Shown here piece by piece: positions 14,150 to 26,545 of a stretch of DNA of 64,000 nucleotides (within the stretch, counting starts at the first letter, position 1; each line of letters starts with the position of its first letter). The notes beneath the pieces were generated by a model that saw only the letters and a list, made by a program, of their open reading frames with translations, had not been told where the DNA came from and searched no databases. The DNA is from Cirrosporium novae-zelandiae (lineage: Eukaryota), in assembly GCA_026023565.1 (NCBI GenBank), contig JAPETS010000003.1, positions 434,001 through 498,000 on the forward strand. Direction: 5' to 3'. The position numbers and the translations under genes were made by a program.

Positions 14150-17100
14150 TTAAGCAAAGATGGGGAAGAACTTGTCATCAAAGGCTTGTCTGAGCTTCTT
14201 GAACATGTGCAACACCGACTTGAGACCTTCGGCTTCGTCAAAGTCTGGCGTGCTGGAAGATTCCGATGGTGTCTCTTCGTCTTCTGAAGAAGAAATCTCT
14301 TCATCGGCCCAGGAATCAACAATCTTCTTCTTCGTCTTTACGTTGATGGCTGCAGGCTTCTGGACTGTAACGCTCGCAGAGGCAGCCTGACCCTTCTCCT
14401 CCTCCGCTAGAGTCCCCGCCTCTATCTCATCCTGCTCGATATTCTTCCGATCTCCAAGCCCTGTAATTTCAGCCATAGCCATGTCATCATGGTTGCTTCC
14501 ACTGATAAACCCCTCCAAGGAAGTAACAATTGTAGCTAGTACGAGCGAAAAGTCATTGAGGACAAACCATATATCTCCTCTGCGAATCTTGTTGCCGACT
14601 TCCAAGTCCCTTACGCTTCCATGCTTATAAAAGTCCAACAAATATGCGTTGAGTGGATTGGATACTTCGGCGTTGCCAAAAGGCAAGTAGGGAATTACTG
14701 CCCTTTCCAAAAAAATACCATTACGGACCGAGGTGCAAAGGTCGGTCAGAGAGGTGAAGTCTAGGTCAGAGTGATTGGAGAGAGCAAAGAAGGGGGACCG
14801 GACAACGGTAGGAGGGAGAGCCGACGGAAGAACGCTTCTATCAAACAGATTGCCTTCCGTACCTCCTGGGGAGATGTGTGTAAATGGCAAAGTGTTGTCC
14901 TCCTTGTCCTGGAAATACTGCTCCGCGTATGTGCGGACATACGTGTGAAACGTCCTCAATGTTTCCTCATTGTGTTGCTCAAGAACCTTTGACGCCTCGT
15001 CGGGTAAAGGAGGAAGAAAGACGATGCTCGAAGACTTCTTAGTCGTCTCTTCATCTACATTACGCAACGGCTGTCGACCGAACAGGTTTGCCATGACTAT
15101 CATGAGAGTCTCCAAGGTCTCAATTTCATGATCCGCAAGCTCCTTAGCAAGTTGGTGAAAGTAGCCTTCCCTGAGGAGTGCATGAAACGCAAAGGCTGAA
15201 TTTTCAGTGTGGTAAAGATGTGAGACTAGTGATGTAAGATTGAGAGGTTCACCATGTGGTCCGACTAGGCCTTGAACACGTAGGTATTCAATAGAAAACC
15301 GAAGGTGGTGTAGAACTTGATGTTTAAAAGACTCTCCACCGAGCAAGAGACGGGGTTGGGAGAGAAGGGAGTCAACGGCATGGACTGCAAAGGGGGCCTG
15401 TTTTGACTCGTGAAGGAGATTTAGTAGACGAAGAACCAGTGTCGTCGTCAACGGGAAGTGTCCATTGAGATCAGGGATGCGAGAGCTTATAAGTCGGCAT
15501 GCTTTATTGACAGAAATACCATGGAACACAACATTTCCCAGCAGATCAAAACCTCTTCGTCCTGATCGACCTGCTGCTTGACGGAAGTTGAGGGCCGTTA
15601 GGTAGACCGAGTCACCGCTGAATACAACCGTTTTACAAGGCATATTGATACCCAAGGCTAAAGTTCCCGTAGCAAACACTACTTGGATGAAGCCTCGTCT
15701 GAACCAACTTTCTACAGCTTGCCTATACTTTCTATTCATACCAGAATGATGGACACCAATGCCTCTTCGAAATGCGTCAATGAGGTCCTCGTTGATACCT
15801 CTCCACCTAAATGCTCTGAAGACCTGCTCAAGCTCGTCGCGGTTGAATTTCCTGGGATCGGCAAAGGAAAACTCGTCGCAGGGGTCGAGAGGATTAAAGT
15901 AAGCATAGTTAGAGTCATAGGATTCGTCTAGGCTAGGGTCTGTTTTTGCAGTGTCTCCATCCTCTTCCTTTTGCTTGCTGTTCCTAGCTTTCTTAACCTC
16001 AGGCCGCTTCTTGGATTTCGAATCTTTTGTCTCTTTCCATGCTTCCCAGCCCTTGATCCGAGATTGCCATAGGGGATTTGTGCTCTTCCACTGTGTCTCT
16101 GATTCTTTCAACCGAGATAGAATTGAAGTCGCCATATCCTCGCATGTAGTGCGATCAAAGCTAAAGCAAATAGCAGGCAAGGCACCAGTTTCTTGCAATT
16201 TTGTTAACAGTGGCAGCATAGTTGCTTCGAGTTCTGTCCGATCAAAGGCGTGTACATCTTTTGTATTTTGAAATAAGCCACGAGAAATCTCAGCATGCAC
16301 ATTTTCGTAGGGAGAATCCAAGTCTTTCATCCATGTACCAAGCAACTCCTTTAGCCTAGCGCCCCACCTTAGGACGTGAGCCTTTTGAATGTTATCCTCT
16401 GGGAGAAACTTTTCCGGTGAAAGATCAGAAGGGACTGGAAATTTCTCCGTTTGATGCTTGGCCATGGCTTGGAATAACAATAAACAATCATGGCTTTCCA
16501 GCGCTAAATCGTCTGGAATCCCACGTTTCCTGTCCGTCAGGCTAACAACAGGATGCATATAGCTGAAGCCCTCCGTACAATCAAGTCCAAGAGGGGGCAC
16601 AACTGGTTTCCGGGGAAGCCCCGAGAAGGAAAAATCTTCCGGAGGAACAAAGAAGAACTTTCTGAGATCTGAAAAGCGATGGCTTACTTCTATCATGCCC
16701 AATTTCGTTGATTTCTGCGATGTGCTGAGCCAATCCGTAAATGCAGTAGGATTCCCAACAGTTGCAGATAGAGCAATAATCTGACAAGGTGCCATTAGTA
16801 AGAGCTGTTCCCAGATCACACCATCTTCCGCTTGTCCAATGCAGTGCACTTCATCGAATATGATAGTTTTGATTCTTGGAGCCCAATTGCGAGCATTCGA
16901 CGGCGAGAGAAGCATTATCTGCAGCATGTGAGGTACGGTGACCAACACTTGGCATTGGGTAGGATTATTGACACGATAGTCGCGGGTATGTATTGCGTAG
17001 AGAGTGGTACCAGCATGTTTATAGTTTTTCTTGAAACGGGCGACGACCTCTGCAGCAATCTGGTTCACAAGAGCTTTTGTCGGCGCCACATACACGACGA

Positions 17101-19590
17101 CACCATCGTCGCTGGCTCGAAGTACCTTTTCCATTGCATAGAAACTTATAAAAGTTTTACCGCTACTTGTTGGAGCAACGACAAACACGGAATGCATTGC
17201 ATCTAGCTCATCAAGAACATTTCTTTGCCAGCCATCAGGACGAAAAAGGACACGCGGATCATCAGCCGAGTCCATATCCCTGTCCATATATGGACCTACC
17301 TGCAGCAAGGAAAATTGTTGAGCGTTTGTTCCTAGGGACATATCGATGTTTAAGGGGGAAAATAAGAACGAGAAGTTTGAGGAAGCAGCATCTTTAGAAA
17401 TTGCTTTTGGTCGCGTCTTCCATGATATCTGTAGATACTTGGCAACATCCTTGAGAATTTGGAGAGTTTCCGCGGTGCAGCTCATTTGGGTTATTTGATG
17501 CATCGTTACCAAAATCAAAGCAGCGATATGATAGCTTCGACTTTTTGTAGAGGAGCTTCGCGAGGCCTCTCTCCAGGATCTTAGTAGAACAGACAATTTA
17601 TAAAGTTCTAATTCAGGGGCTAATGCTTCAAGATCTCGTTGCTGAGATGCCTCGTTGTAATAAGACACTGTTCGAGCATACCTATCTAACGGATCATGTA
17701 TCTTATCAAGGGTATCTGTTCGATATTTTGTCCATGCTGAAGAGGCAGAGTCGGCCTTCTTCTTCTTTTTCTCTGCTAGATCTTGAGCTACCTTTTCGTG
17801 CATCGCCGCTTTTGTGCTTGAGCCTTTCTTGTTCTTGGAACCACCCCCTTTTATTTGCTTCGTGGTCTTGCCTTGTTCCTTCGGCCCCTTTGCCGATGCT
17901 TGATTGGCCTGGCGAGTCTTGTCTGTGCCAACGATGATTAGTTCGGCATCAAGAACCTTTCCAGTTGCATTTGTGAGACTGGCGGCATATGCATGGGTCT
18001 CTGCCATATATCTTTGGTTTGATCTAAGACGGCGAGCTTCAACCTTGGGATCCAGTAAGACTCGGCGTTTATTGGATGCGATGAGACTCTTGTTGTGCCA
18101 GTGAGTCAACTCTCGGTAAATCTTTCCTCTGCATTTAAAGTCATCTGGAGTGGTATCAACCTTTACGTGTATTGAAGCAAGGTGAGCATCGAGATGAGGA
18201 TGGGAAAATGGCATTATTGAGAGATCCCCATCATCATTTTGCATCTGTGGAGCAGCCGCTGGTTTCGCCAGTATTTTGAGCACTGTGGCTTCCAAGCTAA
18301 CCTGGATATCCAAGAAAGAGAGTAGTAAATGGTACTCCTCCTTCATAGGAGCCGGGAGGTTATCAATGTCAACACGCTTCTCTGCCAAGGCACCCAAGAC
18401 AGCACGAAACAGCCTGCCATCTACGAGGTCGACAATATCGTTGCTTTTCCCGTCGTTTTGATTTGTTGCTTTTATGATTGCTTGAGCTTCTCTGCAAAAG
18501 CACTGGAGAAAAGTGTCATACGATTTTTCTCCCTGCTCGTCGAACTTGACCAGGGAAAACCGCCGTTGAGATAAAGGCAAGTGCCGAAGTAGAATTGTAT
18601 GAAGAACGAATGGTGCACCAAGTGCTTCCATCTCCTTAGTAGCAGACATACTGACCAGAGCTTGCATTGTGATTGAAATTCGTGGCGTGACTGGAAAATC
18701 GGGGTTGCGCTTTCTAACGAAGGCAGCCAAGTTTTCGTGCGCATCGTGGGTATTAGTCTCTTTATCCGGCGGGTCCGTGGTTTTCTCAAGATTATGGCCC
18801 AACTTGGAATATACGTCTAAGAAGTTGCTCTGGAGCTCATGCCGAAGTTCGGTATGTTGATGTTCGGACTCCATCACAAAGCTCATTACCTTCGAGTCGC
18901 GAAAGTCAATTCCGTTTAGTAACGCCACATTCAAGCCATGATCCATGAACCAAAATATTATTGCTCTCAGGTAGCTGCGATTTTGTTCAGCACCAGCCTC
19001 ACGAGACCCGTTGCTCAATTTGCTCTTATGATCCGGAGAGGTATTCCCTGATAAACTAGGCTCATCCAAGGAAAAAGAAAAGGCGCCATCACAGCAAGCG
19101 ACAAAATAGGCAGAAGAAATTTTCAGATATTCTTGAAAAGCCACACTTTTGAGGTCACTAAAAACGTGAATCTCAAAGTCATGAGAAACGTTTGATATAT
19201 ATAATTGAAGGTGTCGGATGATAGCATTGCGAGCAAGGAGATATCGATAATCATGCTTGGATGATTCTGGAAGACAAAGATGTGCGTGATTTTCGAAGAA
19301 GACAACGTGGAAGCGACATCCACGTTTTTTCAAATTTTCAAGGAATGCTTCGACAACATAAGCGGCGTGAAGTAATTGGAATCCATCTAGCAACAAGTCA
19401 GCAGGCGTACATGTTTATTCTGGCCAGAAATTCCACCTTCAAAATCGATCCGTTGATCGATGAAACAGTTGAGGAGCAAGCTGTCACCTTCAATAATGAA
19501 GATTTCATTTCCAGCGTAATCGCCAACCAAGTCAACCCAGCGAAAAAGAAGTGAGGAATACCATTCCGATAATGACGTACTAGAGGCCAT
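14150..19590 (-). CDS. Large Ski2-like DExH helicase of the DDX60-like family
   Basis: N-terminal VDLVGDYAGNEIFIIEGDSLL / GFQLLHAAYVVEAFL, Walker A APTSSGKT, DEVH, SAT, GIGVHHSGM, TLALGINMPCKTVVF, QAAGRSGRRG. ATG at 19590 and intron at 19436-19387. Confidence 0.9.
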
Positions 19591-20247
19591 TCGTAAGGCT
19601 CTAAGTAAATGAAAGAAACAATTCAAACCAATAAGTGAATTACTGAGTTTGAGTTGTGAAGGTTGGACGGATTCTGACGGTGGTGGTTGATGGTTAATGA
19701 GTTGATGAGTTAATGAGCAAGCGCTTGTCCGAAGATCAAACACCACCTTTCTTCTGTTGGGGGGCGTGTACTGTTGCGGAACATGGTGTTAGTTGACCGA
19801 GACTTGCATGCGGCATCGGTTATTAGGCTTTTGGCATTGGATAGTTTGCTCCATCTTCCATGTCTACTGGTGCTGGCCATTCCTGCAGTTCCTAGCCAGT
19901 GGCCTGGATAGTTTCAATTTGCCAGGCGACTTCCCTAACATGATCATAGAAGATACGTAGAAGATTGATTTCAATCTCAGTCAGTATTCGTCCAAAGTCT
20001 TCTTCTGCTTGACCTTCTGCCGAATGGGAATCTTCGATCATCATATCTACGCGACAACAGTGGTAGCAGAAGGTATTGTTCCGAAAAGACAATGGAGAAA
20101 ATTTACCTGGAATTATTAAATGCTGTAGGTAGGTATCTAGAAGAGAATCCACTATTTACCCTCCAAACGGATTCTTTCCAGATCTTCAATCGGTATCATC
20201 ATCCCTCAATCCGTCATTTCCATCGTTTTCAAATGTCATAATTTATA

Positions 20248-21404
20248 TCATTGATCCTTCTTTTCGTCGGCTTTCTTCTCCAATTCATGGTACCAGTTCA
20301 TGGTCTTTTCGATCGCTGGCTCCAGTTCGACAATCGGTCGGTAACCTAGCCTTTTCTTTGCTTTTGTAATGTTGTAGTATCTGGCCATTGTACTATACTG
20401 GACCTGCTCTCTTGATAGATTTGGTTTCCTTCCCAGGACCCAGAAAATCCACTCGAGAACACCTCCAATGAACATGCCGAACCCGGTTCCGAGCACAATG
20501 GTATCCTTTGGTTCCGTCTTATCTCCCGACAGTTTCCATAGCATGCGTGGGAAATCCCAGAAGGGTACTGGGGAGTCGTTGGTAATGTTGAAGGCCTCAC
20601 CATCAACTCTTTCGTGGTCCAACGGGGTGGTGGTAAGGGTGCTGGTCTGTAGCAGAGCCTGAGCGGCCAGAATATGTGAATAGGCAACATTGCCGACATA
20701 TGTCCAGTCCCAAAGATTGGTGTTGTCGCCCAACTGCCATTTGGTCAATCCACGTTTGTAGGCTCCCAACATGGGCTCAACCACCCAAGCACCGCCTTCT
20801 CCGAAAATACCGGCAGGTCGTAGGGCCACCGTTAGCATGTTGCCATACTGCCTATTTGCCTTGAGGACAATCTCCTCGGCATCGGCCTATGCAATTCAGC
20901 CCATGCTACACCGTATGAGGGTTTCGTCATCGTTACCTTGGTTTCAGAATAATATTCCTTCTGAGCAGCGCCACGACAATATGGCCAGCGTTCATCAACA
21001 TAGGCCAGGTCGCTTTTTGAGTCATGGACCACGCTTGCGCTGCTGGTATACACGAATGCCTTTACCCCTGCCGCTCCAGCTGCCTCGAGCAAATTTGTCG
21101 TACCATCAATGTTGACCTTTCTCAGAAGCTCCTTGCGGGGTTCATTGTGGCGAGGAGAAGCCGTGTGAATGACAACGTTAGGATGTAATTCTTCTAGAAG
21201 GGACTTTGTCGCGGATGCGGAAGTGATGTCGAGATCATAGTAAGATACGTTTGGCAGCCGGTTCGCGTTGGTAGAGAGGTCTGCAACTGAGATTGTCGCA
21301 GTGGCATTTTCCACAAGTTGAGATACAAGATGGTGGCCTAGAAATCCGCATCCGCCAATGACAAGAACAGAGCCGAGGCGCGGGGGCGCAGACACTGCAG
21401 ACAT
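20248..21404 (-). CDS. ERG26: Sterol-4-alpha-carboxylate 3-dehydrogenase (C-3 sterol dehydrogenase)
   Basis: GGCGFLG Rossmann motif, VYTSSASVV, YSETK catalytic YxxxK, LRPAGIFGEG, WDWTYVGNVA, GEAFNITND. Intron at 20936-20887. Confidence 0.9.
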
Positions 21405-22059
21405 AGTATTCTACCGTCAAAAGCGATCAATTGGAGAGGAGAGGAATGGTGAATTGGTTACAATGTTTGTTACAATATTTGTTTTCGGAATATTTCCAGA
21501 AGCACCTGATTAACTTCTTGTATGAGGGGGACTGGGGGGAACGGAAAAGAAGTCTCCGTTGGTCACAACATGGCGTCTTCTGAAAATCATCTCGATGTCC
21601 CACACTACATGGCTAAATATTAGTCTCCCCAGCCAAACGACTTTGCTCACCTTTCTATTTACTACAGCCTAGGGATATTTATCGCTTCACCCTGAACAGA
21701 TATTGAGCACCAAAATGTTGCATTCGTTACCTCTATATTACCCATTCATGTCGCGTCGTGAAACCTGCATGACTGTGATTGATAATTGATAAACCCCCAT
21801 GGCTCGTGGAAACGCCCACGATAATTCACTATAGCTTCCTTCGTTGGCTCATCTCTCCGGTCCTACCCTTGGAAGCAAAGGGGTATTACTTCCCGCCAGC
21901 ACCCATGGAACTCCCTCCCATGCGAAAAACAAACCATAAAGTGTAGAGAAATGAAGCGTAAATCCAGATCAGGCACCATCAATCTTGTAGACAGGTTGAA
22001 AAGTATTGGCAGAGGTGTCTTTAGAAATTTCCACGCCGAATCGAATGAACATGATAGCC

Positions 22060-23780
22060 CTAACCCTCTAGTGACCTTTGAACCGCCCTCCTCAGTTTTT
22101 TATTGTAAGCCTTTTTATCTTCCGCCGATCCCCAAAACAATTTAGATGCTTCGGGGTTGACCAAGGTACGAGGATCATATGGAGGAGCCTCGTCCTCCAG
22201 TGAATCGACGATGCCTTCAATATGCGATTTCATATCTTCCGGGCGTTTGGCAAAGTAACAAAGCACACCAGCTGGGGAAATGCGGTGGTGAAACATTTGG
22301 GTTTCAAATTTGACTCGTGGTTGCTCTTCGGGAAACCGCGTGCTCAGGGAGATTCTAATCCTGAACATTCCACCATCCAAATGTGTCATTGGGCGGCCGA
22401 AATAAGTTAGTATCCACACAAACGGGTTGCCCTGATCCAACTCCAAATCCAGGGTGACCAGGTCGTTTTGCTTGTAACTTTCCACGATTTGTTCATATTG
22501 CCTCTTGAGGTTTGATGCGACACCTTTATCAGTTGCTGCAGCGACAGCACCCTCGGTGGCCCAACGTTCGGTTTCTTGGTGAATGGCCATGTTAATGGTA
22601 TTCAGTCTTCGCCGAAGCTCTGGATAATTAAAGATCCCCTCCATTGCATTCCCACTTCCTTCAAAGGGCATTCGTTGAAAGGCTTCGTTTACACCAACCT
22701 TCTTCTCGGCACTGTCAATAGTCCGCATATATGAGTCATAGTACCATAGAAATCTACGCTTGCAAAGATCTTTGAACGGCTCAAATGCAGGCAGGTTTAG
22801 GGGCTCATCCGAGTCGGCTTCGTATTCCTTGGACAGGGTATAGTCGATGGTACCATCGGGAAGAATACCTAACGATTCCTCTAGACGTTCAATAACCGCA
22901 ATCCTCAAGGTCTCATGTTGTATCTAGTCAAAATTAATCGCACGTTCTCCAACGAGATAATTATTTCCTGACCTTGGCTGTGTATGAAGCCATGTTTTTC
23001 CTGTCTGAAGATGACTTTGCATTTTCAAACCCTGGTTCGTTCTCGTACGGGTTGGAGGACATTAAACTCTGGATCGAGATGAGGATCGACTCTAGGCCCT
23101 GTGCCGAAGACCACTGTTCTCCGCGTTCGCCCCGCCATGTTCTGAGAATATTACGGTTAGTTTCGTTACTGGGACTTTTAAAGTCATTAGGCAAGGTCAT
23201 ACCCGAGGATGGAACTAAAGTAATTGGGGTGCGGTTAGGTCAAAGTTAATTCCAATCTATTGTGGGGAACCAACTCACAGACAGACTTTGCCTTGGGCAT
23301 ATATGTTTGGGTTGAACCTGGTTCGGCCATTGTTTGTAGTCATAGCTGTGACGATCGGCGCCTTACCGGGATAGTCTACAATACATGTTGAGCGCTCCAA
23401 CGATCATAGATGTTGGGAGGATAGTTACCCTTTAGGAACTTGACCGAAAACTATTTCACTCAGCAAGACTGTATTTTGTATGATATATGCGAGGCATACC
23501 CACCTCGAAGAAACCAAATTCGTATGGAGTATCAGGTGGACCAATGATTAAGGCCTTGACATGACGCATGTCCGCATCTCGAACACCAACGGCGATGGCT
23601 ATTCAATCTCGATATTAATCACGGGCGGATGGCAGGGGAGAGAAGCTCTCTTACATAAATCGGTCGTTTTCTGGATATCTCGAACTTCCTACGATAACCA
23701 ACAATGTCAGCAGATTCCATGGTCTCAAGGGCCAGGATCAAACTCACTCGAGATATCCTTAGAATTGATTGATCCGCCAT
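22060..23780 (-). CDS. UBE2Z-like ubiquitin-conjugating enzyme with a second C-terminal UBC-like fold, multi-intron
   Basis: Spliced exons read [27 protein letters not shown]...[17 protein letters not shown], then [13 protein letters not shown] and [37 protein letters not shown]. The C-terminal half has [10 protein letters not shown]...FHHRI...LCY. Confidence 0.9.
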
Positions 23781-25132
23781 ATTGTCTTTCAAAGGGTAGT
23801 GGAGGAGAGGTAATGCAGGTCAAGACCTTGAGTGGGGGTACTAGAAGGTTAGATCATGAAAATGAGGAGGGGATAGTAGATGATCTGAAGAATTAAGTAG
23901 AGCTGAAGAGTTGGACAGTGGAAGGAGGGTTGGTGAATTAACTGTGCAACTTTATGAGTCGAACAAGGTAAAGAAGACGAATGATGCGGGCAGGCAGGCA
24001 GGCAGGCAGCTATGACCTAGTTCCCAGTGCTCAGTGTTCGACGTTCAACCCTCTCCCACTAATCTCCAAGGCCTATGGTTACGGAACGAAGTGTAGCGAT
24101 GTATTTGCCTCAAATGATTCGCTGGCCCAGTGGATCTAGATTTCAATATTCCTCTCCTCTTTCAAACGGACAGGTTTAGAGGGAATAGGGGTGACAAGGG
24201 GTAGAAAAGGGTCCTATGGAATTAGATAGCTGTAGAGAGAGAGAGAGTGAGGAGAGTGATGGAATAGAGTATTATTGAGGAGGCTCTCAGGCACACAACT
24301 CAGATCAACAAGGCTGAAACATGATTAATACCATCTTGTTTCTTGACGGAGGCTTGCCACGGGTGTCAGTCCTCTAGAGATGGTACGGTAAGACTGTAAT
24401 TCACATGTATCAAGTAATTTAGACTATTTCCTGGGGTATTCGGTATTCATGCATCAGATCTTGTCCCTTTCTCTGGCAAATAATGGATATTTTTATCAAC
24501 ATGTATTGATTGACTAGTTACTCAGATACCCTTTAGATCCGAACATCCTAAGGCCCCGAGATAGGCAATCATTTTCGGGAGCCTTATTGTGTGGGTGTAG
24601 ATATGGTGTAGATATGGTGTAATTTAGGGTCTAAGAAAGCTACGTCCTCTTAGTGCCATTGGTAGATGTTTTTTGTCTTGTTTTGTCTTGTTTTGTTTTT
24701 TTTGTTTTTTGCTGGTCTTTTGATGGAACTACTTGTACATGTACACTACAGGCCCTAGTTCCCTTAGGTGCCACTCGAGTAGATTAACAGAAAGTTTAGA
24801 TACAGGACGAAAATAAAAAAAAACATGAATGGCTACAGGTTTACAATTGACAGGACTGGGTGCCTTAGGCGGGAGATAGTTTGGTTTAGGTCATGCGCAT
24901 CGATGCCTGAGGTAGCAAGTCAGGGAAGGTCAGGGAAGGTCAATGATGAAATACAACAGATAAAAAGAATTAGAATTCTAAATTAAAAGATTAAAATGCA
25001 CAAAGTGAATTCCTTTTAACCCCAGGTCACTAACTACCTGTTAATGATCGAATCATGTTGTTGAAGGGAATTGGTTAGTAAGAATTGGTAGGGTTAGAAG
25101 GAAGGCCCCTAAGTTAACAAGAGGTTAGGCAG

Positions 25133-25300
25133 AGGAGCCAGAGGAGCCAGAGGAGCCAGAGGAGCCAGAGGGTTAAGCCAAAAGGTCAGAGTGAAGGTCT
25201 GACTGAGTCTGAGAAAAGGCAAGGCAGTCAGTGCCAGCAAAGAAGCAGATCCAACAAGCCAACAGGGCCAACAAGGCCAACAAGGCCAACAAGGGCCAGC
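25133..25300. repeat. 9-bp tandem repeats (AGAGGAGCC)~4 and (CCAACAAGG)~5
   Basis: Directly visible in the intergenic region upstream of the RhoGAP gene. Confidence 0.85.
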
Positions 25301-25481
25301 AGAGCAAGCAATAATAGTTAACCTCCACTATAACCTTTTTAGCACATCTGATCTCTAACCAAGTACTATGCTCGAGTACCTACAAGTCCTACAAGTTACT
25401 ATACCTACCCACTATACTACGCTACTGTATACTACTCTTGCGGTGTCCAAACATCAAACCTCCCCCAAACTTCTCAAACCT

Positions 25482-25563
25482 CCAACCCTCCAAACCCTCC
25501 AAACCCTCCAAACCCTCCAAACCCTCCAAACCCTCCAAACCCTCCAAACCCTCCAAACCCTCC
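25482..25563. repeat. (CCCTCCAAA)n minisatellite, about 9 copies
   Basis: Directly visible; it produces the spurious TLQ/PSK repeat ORFs. Confidence 0.9.
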
Positions 25564-26545
25564 CAAGACTACACCCAAAACTACACCCAAAAATTACACA
25601 CTGCATTGTACAGTACCACAATTAGAAAATTAGTCTTCCATCACCATCACCATCACCACCACCACCACCACCACCACCCCCCAACCCCGAAAAAAAATAC
25701 CCACAGTAACAACAACAATAACATTTCTTCTCTCTCATAATTTTTCCCATATTATATCCCTCCTTGGCTTGTCCTTTTTATTGTCAGATTGTCTACCTAA
25801 ACGTCGCCTTGAAACCCTAACAATAACAGCAAGCGCATCGGCGATTCAAACAATTCATCTACCGCTCCGCCGCCGTTCGGTTTCACCTCCCAGAAAAACG
25901 AGCCACAGCAGACCACCAACAACAACAACTCGAACATCAACACTACCACACACCACCACACACCACACACCCCCCCCCCCAATTCATTCATTCACCTACT
26001 TTTCACCCTCATCACCTTCCACCTTATCCCTTTTCGATGCAGCGACCAAAGATTTGATCCATTTGGATTCTCTCAGTAATCTCCACCACATCCTCACACT
26101 CAAGATTAATACCTTGGATATTCCCCATCTTGCTTGTACACACGCCAAGAATCCTCCGCCGCCCGAGTCCACACATGAATCTCATCTATTCTGGAAACGA
26201 TATCTTGGGCTACGGGTAGCATCTCCGCCAAGGTTCCGCGCTCATTGTTTATAGCTCGATTGGGGGTCACGGCGACCTGTACTCCGACTGTTGTCCGCTC
26301 CCATCTTCAACCCGCAATACACATCTATTCCTCCTTCATACGAATACTACCCTGCTCCCACATAATTGATTCCATTTATCGTTTGCCGATCCATTATTTA
26401 CGTAATACACGTTTCCGAGTTTACTTTGCAAACGCGCCATATCCTTCCAACCCATCCCCATCACCGACTTGGTTGCCTCCTGTCTATTGAACGTTCCACG
26501 CCTTAATCCTGCAACCATCATACTTAGGCAACGTGGAATTTGGAC

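Noticed and set aside
25368..26254. ORFs with TLQ/PSK repeats, poly-His and Thr/Pro runs
   Set aside because: They are translations of microsatellites and low-complexity leader DNA, with no domain signal.
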